NCBI RefSeq assembly: GCF_964355755.1
Contig: NC_092673.1
Span: 19,217,648 to 19,281,647, forward strand
Direction of reading: 5' to 3'
Origin: Antedon mediterranea
Lineage: Eukaryota > Animalia > Echinodermata
DNA length: 64,000 nucleotides
The position numbers and the translations under genes are program-made. Under the pieces are notes generated by a model that was not told the DNA's origin, made no database searches, and was given only the letters and a program-made list of their open reading frames with translations. Below, in pieces: positions 40,701 to 52,700 of the stretch (within the stretch, counting starts at the first letter, position 1; each line of letters opens with the position of its first letter).

Positions 40701-43700
40701 GAAATTCATAAAATCGCGCGTAAGTCACGTTGCGCAACTCTGACGTCATTCAAAAATAGGAGGTGCACAAGTTCACGTAAATGTCGTTATGTTGACAAAG
40801 TTACGATATGTTCTGTTTACACGTTTTAGAGAAACGCGACGCACAAAAATGACAGAAGGAAAGAAGAATAATACAGAAAAAAAAAAAAAATATGATGAAA
40901 CAGGACGATTACAAGGAGTTATCCGCTACTAAGCGGATAACTAAAAAAAAAAGTAACAGGACGATTACAAGGAGTTATCCGCTGCTATGCGGATAACTAA
41001 CTAGACATGAAACTCGTCACTTTGACGAGTTAGTTATCCGCACGACAAACGCCACGTGCACGTCATACGTTGGAATATTGCACACGGAAAAAGATTATGG
41101 CATTGTGACCTGAACTGAAGAATATGATATGTTTTTATTGCTGAATTCTGTTATTTTGTGTCATATAGTATACACAGTACAATCTGTATACATATCACAT
41201 ACAGTGTAGAATAGGTGAAATTACGGGACCCGCTATTTATTCAAATTTTTAACATATTGACGGTTTCAAAATGAAACGCGAATGTAGCAATTTCGGAAGG
41301 AAATTATCTCAGCAACAACATATTAACGTGTGGAAGAAATTTGAACACGTGAAATATTGATGCGCGCTCTTTTAAATGTAATGAACTATGACGCAAAAGA
41401 TGAAAATACGACTTTTTTTATTTAACTGGCCATATGATGACGTCACAACATCCGATTGGCAAAATGTTTACATGATTTCGTATCTACAATCCAATAGCTT
41501 CCAGAAAACATTTTAATCGTGATTATCCCATTTTGTTCTTACGAGCGATAACAGATTAAAATTTACTGTAAAGATGAAATTAATGACCCAAGTAATTAAC
41601 ATTTTTAGGCATGATGACGTTACAAATATTAAAATATTTTTAACTCATGCGAAAGGTAGTTGATTGACCTAGACAATATTAAAATCTCGGAGAAAATGGA
41701 ATACGGATAAGCGTGATGCGCTCCATTGAATGTGATGAGCAATAACGAAAGAGACAAAAATCCTATATTTTATATTCGTGTGGCCATACGATGACGTCAA
41801 AATGTCCTGTTAGCCATATTAATGTATGATTTGATATCTACAACTCATCAACTTCCAGAATATGTAATAAAAATAACTTTCACCGTTTAGTTTAGAAACT
41901 ACGACTGTTTAAAAAAAGGCATAATTTTGACGATTTTTTTAGATTTTTGATCAAAAACGCGCGTAAATTTTTCAATTCGACGTGCTCGTATGACGTAATT
42001 TAAAGTCACAAATGGTTTTAAAATGGCAAAATTACTCTAGAAGGCTGGAAAAACATAATTCATGAGAAAAAAAGATGTTTTTCATGGTACGTGGCCACCG
42101 CGCGCGTAAAAAAATGCGTGCACGTGGGAATTTTTGACATGCGCGAAATGTCATGAGTCGTGTAAAAAGTTGATTAAAAATTAATTTTACGCATTTTGAA
42201 ACTTTAAATGCGCGTGCGCGCGTAACTTCTTGTAAAACATGCCATTTTTAATCAATAAAAAGTTTGCACTTGATATGACTTAAATTTTCACAAAGTGTCA
42301 AAACTAAATTATGCTTGGTTTTTAGTCTATGAGCAATCATAAAAAATCATAAAATCGCACGTAAGTCACGTTGCGCAACTCTGACGTCATTCAAAAATAG
42401 GAGGTGCACAACTTCACGTAAATGCCCATATGTTGACAAAGTTATGAAATGTTATGTTTACCCAATTTAGAGATACGCTCTGCACAAAAAGTGAGGGAGA
42501 AAGACAGAAGAATAATACTAGACATGTAACTCGTCACTTTGACGAGTTAGTTATCCGCACGACAAACGCCACGTGCACGTCATACGTTAGAATATTGCAC
42601 AGAGAAAAAATTATGGCATTATGACTTGATCTGAAGAATATGATATGTTGTTAGTGCTGAATTCTGTCAATTTTGTGTCATATAGTATATACATGCAAAC
42701 AGTATAATCTGTATACATGTTACATACAGTGTAGAATAGGTGAAATCACGGGACCCGCCATTTATTCAAATTTGTAACATGGCGACGGTATCAAGATGAA
42801 ACACTAAGATAGCAATTTCGGAAGCAAATTATCTCAGCAACAACATATTAACGTGTAGAAGAAATTTGAATACGTTTAATATTGATGCGTGCTCTTTTAA
42901 ATATAATGAACTATGATGCAAAAGATGAAAATACGACTTTTTTTATTTAACTTGCAATATGATGACGTCACAGCATCTGATTGGCAAAATGTTCACATGA
43001 TTTCATATCTACAATCCAAGAGCTTCCAGAAAATGTTTTAATCGTGATTATCACATTTTATTTTGACGGGCTATTACAGATTAAAATTTACTGTAAAGAT
43101 GAAATTAATGACCCACGTAATTAAAATTTTTAGGCATGATGACGTCATAAAAATTAAAATATTTTTATCTCATGCGAAAGATAGTTGATTGACCTAGACA
43201 ATATTAAAATCTCGGAGAAAAAGAAATACGTATAAGCGTGATGCGCTCCATTGAATGTGATGAGCAATAACGAAAGACAAAAAAATTCTATATTTTACAT
43301 TCGTGTGGCCATATGATGACGTCACAACATCCGTGAGGTAAAAATTCTGCATGAATTCATATCTACAACATATCTGCTTACATATTAAGTTAAAAAAATT
43401 AGGGGTAATCGTTGATCCTGAGAAGCTATAAAACATTCAAAATAGGCATAATTTTGACAACATTTTGTAACTTTTTCAACTAAAACGCGCGCAAATGGGC
43501 TAAATCAACGTGTTCGTATGACGTAATTTTAATTTGAAATGATGTCAATCTTTTTGAAAATGACTAGGAAAGGCTGGAAAATCACAATTCAAGAGAAAAA
43601 AACATGATTTTCATGCTCTATACGCACCGTGCGCGTAATATTTTTCGCGCGCGCGGTAATTTTGTACATGCTTAAAATGACATGAAACGCGTAGAAAGTT

Positions 43701-46700
43701 GATTAGAAATTATTTTTGCGCATTTTGAAATTTTAAATGCGCGTGCGCGCGTAACTTTGTGTAAAACACGCAATTTTTTTCAAACAGAAAGTTAGCGCAT
43801 GATATAAATTAAACTTTCACAAAGTGTCAATTAAAAATCACTTTTAGTTTTTAATCTATGATCAATCATAAAAAATCATAAAATCGCGCGTAAGTCACGT
43901 TGCGCAACTCTGACGTAATTCAAAAATAGGAGGTGCACAACTTCACGTAAATGCCCACATGTTGTCAAAGTTATAAAATGTTATGTTTACACATTTTAGA
44001 GAAACGCTCTACACAAAAATAGCGAGAAAGAAAGAAGAACTAGACATGAAACTCGTCACTTTGACGAGTTAGTTATCCGCACAACGACAAACGCCACGTG
44101 TACGTCATACGTTTGAATATTGCACACAGATAAAGATTATGGCATTATGACAAGAACTGAAGAATATGATAGGCTGTTAGTGCTGAATTCTGTCAATTTT
44201 GTGTCATATAGTATACATGCAAACAGTATAATCTGTATACATATTACATACAGTGTAGAATACTGTAGGTGAAATTACTAGACCCGCCATTTATTAAAAT
44301 TTTTAACATGGCGACGGTATCAAAATGGAACACTTAGATAGCAGTTTCGGAAGGAAATTATCTCGGTAACAACATATTAACGTGTAGAAGAAATTTGAAT
44401 ACGTAAAATATAGATGCGCGCCCTTTTAAATGTGATGAACTATTACGTAAAATATGAAAATACGACTTTTTTTATTCAACTGGCCATATGATGACGTCAG
44501 AACATCCGATTGGCAAAATGTTTACATGAATTCGTATCTACAATCCAATAGCTTTCAGAAAACGTTGTAATCATGATTATCACTTTTTATTCTGAGGATA
44601 TAACACATTGAAATTTACTGTAAAGATGAAAATATGTGACCCACGTTATTTACATTTTTAGACATGATGTCGTTAGAAAAATTAAAATATATTTAACTCA
44701 AGCGAAAGATAGTTGATTGACGGAGACAATATTAAAATCTCGGGGGAAATGGAATACGTATAAGCGAGATGCGCTCTGTTGAATGTGATGAGCAATAACG
44801 AAAGAGACAAAAATCCTATATTTTACATTCGTGTGGCCATACGATGACGTCACAATGTCCGGTTAGCCATATTGATTCATGATCCGATATCTACAACTCA
44901 TCAACTTCCAGAATATGTAATTAAAAAAAAGTTTACCTCGTAGTTTAGAATTTATGACTGTTTAAAAAAAGGCATAATTTTGACAAATTGTTGAACTTTT
45001 TCATTAAAAAGGCGTGCAAATTGAACAATTCGACGTGCTCGTATGACGTAATTTTAAGTAGAAATTGTATAAAAATTGGTCAAATTACTATAAAAGGCTT
45101 ATAAAACATAATTCACGCCAAAAAAAGATGTTTTAGCGCTACGTTCGCCACCGCGCGCGTAAAAATTTGCGCACACATGGGAATTTTTTACATGCGCAAA
45201 ATGTCATGAATCGCGTAAAAAGTTGATTAGAAATTATTTTTGCGCAATTTGAAATTTTAAATACGCGTGCGCGCGTAACTTCTTGTAAAACGTGCCATTT
45301 TTAATCCACAAAAAGTTTGCCTCTGATATGACTTAAATTTTCACAAAGTGTCAAAACAAAATTATGCTTGGTTTTTAGTCTATGATCAATCATAAAAAAT
45401 CATAAAATCGCGCGTAAGTCATGTTGCGCAACTCTGACGTCATTCAAAAATAGGAGGTGCACAACTTCACGTAAATGCCCATATGTTGACAAAGTTATGA
45501 AATGTTATGTTTACAAGTTTTTGAGATACGTTCTGCACAAAAATGGGGGAGAAAGAAAGAAGCAGAAAAAGATCCAGGACGATTACAAGGAGTTATCCGC
45601 TCAATGCGGATAACTAATAATACAGAAAAAAATATTGATCCCATACAATAACAAGGAGTTATCCGCCAAGTGCGGATAACTAACTAGACATGTAACTCGT
45701 CACTTTGACGAGTTAGTTATCCGCACGACAAAGGCCACGTGCACGTCATACGTTAGAATATTGCACACAGAAAAAGATTATGGCAATATGACCTGAACTG
45801 AAGAATATGATATGTTGTTATTGCTGAATTCTGTTATTTTTTGTCATATAGTATACAATATAATCTGTATACATATATTACATACAGTGTAGAATAGGTG
45901 AAATGACTGGACCCGCCATTTATTCCAATTTTTAACATGGCGACGGTATCAAAATGAAACACTAAGATAGCAATTTCGGAAGGAAATTATCTCGGCAACA
46001 ACATATTAATGTGTAGAAGAAATTTAAATACGTAAAATATTGATGCGCGCTCTTTTAAATGTAATAAATTATGACGCAAAAGATGAAAATACGACTTTTT
46101 TTATTTAACTAGTCATATGATGACATCACAACATCCGATTGGCAAAATTTTCACATGATTTCCTATCTACAATCCAATAGCTACTAGAAAACGTTTTAAT
46201 CGTGATTATCACATTTTATTCTTACGAGCTATAACAGATTAAAATTTACTGTAAAGATGAAATTAATGCCACACGTAATTTAAATTTTTAGGCATGATGA
46301 CGTCATAAAAATTAAAATATTTTTAACTCATGCGAAAGATAGTTGATTGACCTAGACAATATAAAAATCGGGGTGAAAATGGAAAACGGCTAAGTTGAGA
46401 TGCGCTCTATTAAATGTGATGACCTATAACGAAAGATACAAAAATCCTTTATTTTATATTTGCGTGGCCATACGATGACGTCATAATGTCCGGTTAGCCA
46501 TATTAATACATGATCCGATATATACAACTAATCAACTTCCAGAATATGTTATCCACAAAAAGTTGACGGTGCAGTTTAGAAATTACGACTGTTTAAAAAA
46601 AGGCATAATTTTGACAAATTTTTGAACTTTTTCATTAAAAAAGCGCACAAATTGTTCAATTCGACGTGCTCATATGACGTGATTTTAAGTCGAAATTGTT

Positions 46701-49700
46701 TAAAAGTTGATAAAATTACTAAAAAAAGCTATAAAAACATAAATCACGAGAAAAAAATATGTTTTCAACGCTACATGCGCACCGCGCACGTAAAAATTTG
46801 CGGGCGCGTGGGAATTTTTGACATGCTTAAAATTACATGAAACGCGTAGAAAGTTGATTAGAAATTAATTTTGCGCATTTTGAAATTTTAAATGCGCGTG
46901 CGCGCGTAACTTTGTGTGAAACATGCCATTTTTAATCCACAGAAAATTGACTCTTGATATAAATTAAATTTTCACCAAGTCTCAATACAAATCGACTTTT
47001 GGTTTTTAATCTATGATCAATCATTTAAATTCATAAAATTGCGTGCAAGTCACGTTGCGCAACTCTGACGTTTTTCAAAAATAGGAGGTGCACAACTTCA
47101 CGTAAATGTCTATATTTTGACAAAGTTACGATATGTTCTGTTTACACATTTTAGAGAAACAGGGCTCACAAAAAAAGGAAGAAAGACAGAAGAATAATAC
47201 AGAAAAGGAAAAAGATCCCATACAATAACAAGGAGTTATCCGCCAAGTGCGGATAACTAATAAAATTGAAACAGGACGATTACAAGGAGTTATCCGCTAC
47301 TAAGCGGATAACTAATAAAGATGAAAAAAAAAAAGATTTTTACAATAACAAGGGTTATCCGCAACTTCTAAGTTGCGGATAACCAAATAGAATAGAATGT
47401 TAGCCTATTACACTAGCAAATCCCTGTACATTTACCTTATTTTGCAATGCTACTGGTGTCCCATGCTGAAAGAGACAAGTCACTATTTCTAAGGTAGGTG
47501 CAGTATATCCAATCCCCAGATATGAATGTAATGGAGTGTCACCATACTGGAAAGGAATCGTAATGAAGTTTATAAATACTGACAACAGACATTATGTGAA
47601 ATTGTTTGTTTTTTGGTAAATACAAACAACAACAATTACTGCTAAATATTGTGGTAAATAATCATAATTATTATTATTAATAAATGAGTAGAACAAAATA
47701 GAATGGTTTACCACAGCATATCTATAGAATGTTAGCCTATTACACTAGCAAATCCCTGTACAATACCTTATTTTGCAATGCTACTGGTGCCCCATGCTGA
47801 ATGAGACAAGTCACTATTTCTAAGGTAGGTTTAAATCCACTCCCCAGATATGAATGTAATGGAGTGTCACCATCCTGGAAAGGAATCATAATAAAGTTTA
47901 TAAATACTGACAACAGACATTATGTGAAATTGTTTGTTTTTTGTCAATACAAACAACAACAATTGCTACTAAATATTGTGGTAAATAATCATAATTATCA
48001 TTATTAATAAATGAGTAGAACAAAATAGAATGGTTTACCACAGCATATCTATACAATGTTAGCCTATTACACTAGCAAATCCCTGTACATTACCTTATTT
48101 TGCAATGCTACTGGTGCCCCATGCTGAATGAGACAAGTCACTATTTCCAAGGTAGGTCTATATCCTCTCCTCAGATATAAATGTAATGGAGTGTCACCAT
48201 TCTGGAAAGGAATCATAATGAAGTTTATAAATACTGACAACAGACATTATGTGAAATTGTTTGTTTTTTTTGTCAATACAAACAACAACAATTGCTACTA
48301 AATATTGTGGTAAATAATCATAATTATCATTATTAATAAATGAGTAGAACAAAATAGAATGGTTTACCACAGCATATCTATAGAATGTTAGCCTATTACA
48401 CTAGCAAATCCCTGTACATTTACCTTATTTTCCAATGCTACTGGTGCCCCATGCTGAATGAGACAAGTCACTATTTCTAAGGTAGGTGTATATACACTCC
48501 ACAGATAGTAATGTAATAGAGTTTTATCATCCTGGAAAGGAATCATAATCAAGTTTATAAATACTGACAACAGACATTATGTGAAATTGTTTGTTTTTTG
48601 TTAATACAAACAACAACAATTGCTGCTAAATATTGTGGTAAATAATCATAATTATCATTACACGTCACTATTTCTAAGGTAGGTTGTGTATATTCAATCC
48701 TCAGATATGAATGTAATGGAGTGTTACCATCCTGGAAAGGAAAGCATTTTTTTGTAAGGTAAGAGAGGGAGCAGGTTATTAATTAATAATTATTTGTTAT
48801 TAAAATCAGATTCTATTAATTTTTTGTAACATAAACCTTTTTTATTTGTTATTTTATTATTAATCAATGTAGTCCCATTTTATTTCATCTTTACAATTAA
48901 TTAGACCATTGTCAATCATTGTTATCTTTACAGCTACATATGACCAATTTATATTTGTTTTACGGTCAAAAATATTTAAACAAAATTATACTGATTCACC
49001 TGTATAAAAAATTACAAGTAGATTGTTTTTGTTCATTAAGAAAAAAGATAAATGTTATATGATGGATAACTGTATACTTTAAATCAGTTATCATAAATCA
49101 TATATAACTGTTTAGTTATTATTTTAATTTGGTTTCTTTTAATAAAATTTGATTTTTGTTAATGGGCTTACTTTAGCCTATTACTTAATGTAAGTTATTA
49201 TTCATGTACACTGCCTTATTTTGCCATGTTACTGAACTACGCTGTGTGAGACATGTTACTATTTCTAAGGTAGGTACTGAATACATATACAAATATGCAT
49301 GTAATGGAGTGTCACCATCTTTCTTTCGCAATGTTGCTGGTGTATAATATTGACAACAGACATTATGTGAAAATGGGGTTTTTTTGTCAACCCAAACCAT
49401 AGCAAGAATTACTGCTAAATAATGTGGTCAATAATAATAATAATGAGAACAAAATAGAATATGGTAGAGAAAGTTGGTACATCCTTTCAGTACTGATTTT
49501 TAACACCCAATGAAACCAATATCATAATTAAGTTAAGTTAGATATTAACGATAACAAATTTAATTTAAACCATTTGCCTTGATGAAAATCATATCATATC
49601 ATGAAGCCCGATACCATCCCATCATCAAATGTACCAAGACAGGAATTTGGTGAACAATACCATGTAATAAACAAAATTAAGGTAATTCTCAGGATGACAA

Positions 49701-52700
49701 TTATATTTGACTACATAAATTCCAACATATCTGTATTTATTTGCTTTGTGTACAGTGCGACTTAGACAATTTTCAGTTATTTACTGAAGTTTATTTATTC
49801 GAGAACCATCTGTGGGCACTTAATTACCAGTATATCAAATTTTAACTGGCAACTTTAATAGAATCATTTTTTCCAAAAAGTCATAAGATAAGATACGGCA
49901 CTGTTTGAAAAGAATAATTTCATATTAAATTTCTTTTTGAAATTGCATTGCTCAAACATTTTTACTAAACTAAACATTTTTCTTCCTTTTGTGCAAAATG
50001 TTTGTTTGGAAAAGGATCTCTTTTAAGCCCATATTCATACTGTATGTGATAAGACTGACAGAAGTATTTTGTTGTAAAGTACTGTAAGTAAAGGGCGGGA
50101 GCAGGTTATTAACAATTAATAATCCTTTTTTATTGAAATCAGATTCTATTTTTAACATAAACCTTTTTTAATTTGTTATTTTATTAATAGTCAATGTAGC
50201 ATGTCCCATTTTATTTCGTATTTACAATTAATTAGACCATTGTCAATCGTTATCTAGTTAAAGTACATACAGTAATAATGAGCAATTTATATTTGTTTTA
50301 AGGTCATAAAAATGTTAACAACATTGTAAGGACGTTGGACTGCTGATCGTGAGATCGAGTTTCGAATCCAACTCTCGCTGCATTGCTTGTATCCTTAGGC
50401 AAGATACTTTACTTACGTTTGCCTCTCTCCATCCAGGTGTATAATTGGGAACCCGCTTAGATCAAGACACAACTTTGCGCTTATTACTAGCTGCGTTATG
50501 GGAGAATGTTTCCATAGGTGTTTGATCAGGAAAATGTTCAGCGCTTAGAGGTTTAACAACATTAGGCGCTATATAAATCCAGGATATTATTATTATTGTA
50601 GGTTACTATTATGAAGATTTTTCATTGAGAAAATTAAAGATTTATGTTATTTGATAGGTAACTGTACACTTTAAATCAGTTCATAAATCATATTAACTAT
50701 TTAGTTTTTTATTTGGTTTATTGTAAGTCTTTACTTTTTCTCTAATTGTAACATTTTTCACAATATCATATTTTGTATGCTTCATTTAGATTCTGCTAAG
50801 CTTTGATTTATTTATATTATTATTTTTAGCCTAATGTGGTTAATCAGTGCATGCAGGTTATACCCCCATCATCAGTGTGTATTTATATTATTATTTTTAG
50901 CCTAATGTGGTTAATCAGTGCATGCAGGTTATACCTCCATCATCAGTTTGTATTTATATTATTATTTTTAGCCTAATGTGGTTAATCAGTGCATGCAGGT
51001 TATACCTCCATCATCAGTGTGTATTTATATTATTATTTTTAGCCTAATGTGGTTAATCAGTGCATGCAGGTTATACCTCCATCATCAGTGTGTATTTATA
51101 TTATTATTTTTAGCCTAATATTGTTAATCAGTACATGCAGATTATACCTCCATCATCAGTGTGTATTTATATTATTATTTTTAGCCTAATGTGGTTAATC
51201 AGTACATGCAGGTTATACCTCCATCATCAGTGTGTATTTATATTATTATTTTTAGCCTAATGTGGTTAATCAGTGCATGCAGGTTATACCCCCATCATCA
51301 GTGTGTATTTATATTATTATTTTTAGCCTAATGTGGTTAATCAGTGCATGCAGGTTATAGCTCCATCATCAGTGTGTATTTATATTATTATTTTTAGCCT
51401 AATGTTGTTAATCAGTACATGCAGATTATACCCCCATCATCAGTGTGTATTTATATTATTATTTTTAGCCTAATGTGGTTAATCAGTACATGCAGATTAT
51501 ACCCCCATCATCAGTGTGTATTTATATTATTATTTTTAGCCTAATGTGGTTAATCAGTGCATGCAGGTTATACCTCCATCATCAGTGTGTATTTATATTA
51601 TTATTTTTTAGCCTAATGTTGTTAATCAGTACATGCAGATTATACCCCTATCATCAGTGTGTATTTATATTATTATTTTTAGCCTAATGAGGTTAATCAG
51701 TGCATGCAGGTTATACCCCCATCATTAGTGTGTATTTATATTATTATTTTTAGCCTAATGTGGTTAATCAGTACATGCAGGTATATACCTCCATCATCAG
51801 TGTGTATTTATATTATTATTTTTAGCCTAATGTGGTTAATCAGTACATGCAGGTTATACAGTAGCCCCATCATCAGTGTGTATTTGTATATTATTATTTT
51901 TAGCATAATGTTGTTAATCAGTGCATGCAGGTTATACCTCCATCATCAGTGTGTATTTATATTATTATTTTTAGCCTAATGTTGTTAATCAGTACATGCA
52001 GGTTATACCCCCATCATCAGTGTGTATTTGTATATTATTATTTTTAGCCTAATGTTGTTAATCAGTACATGCAGGTTATACCTCCATCATCAGTGTGTAT
52101 TTGTATATTATTATTTTTAGCCTAATGTTGTTAATCAGTACATGCAGGTTATCCCCATCATCAGTGTGTATTTATATTATTATTTTTAGCCTAATGTTGT
52201 TAATCAGTACATGCAGGTTATACCTCCATCATCAGTGTGTATTTGTATATTATTATTTTTAGCCTAATGTTGTTAATCAGTACATGCAGGTTATACCTCC
52301 ATCATCAGTGTGTATTTATATTATTATTTTTAGCCTAATGTGGTTAATCAGTACATGCAGGTTATACCCCCATCATCCGTGTGTATTTATATTATTATTT
52401 TTAGCCTAATGTTGTTAATCAGTACATGCAGGTTATACCTCCATCATCAGTGTGTATTATAATATTATTTTTAGCCTAATGTTGTTAATCAGTACATGCA
52501 GGTTATACCTCCATCATCAGTGTGTATTTATATTATTATTTTTAGCCTAATGTGGTTAATCAGTACATGCAGGTTATACCTCCATCATCAGTGTGTATTT
52601 ATATTATTATTTTTAGCCTAATGTGGTTAATCAGTGCATGCAGGTTATACCTCCATCATCAGTGTGTATTTATATTATTATTTTTAGCCTAATGTGGTTA

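Noticed and set aside
36325-47384. Simple 1.5-kb tandem satellite or rolling-circle concatemer
   Set aside because: Units are visibly diverged, and the 5' hairpins cluster 2+2+3 with matching terminal variants, which fits nesting.
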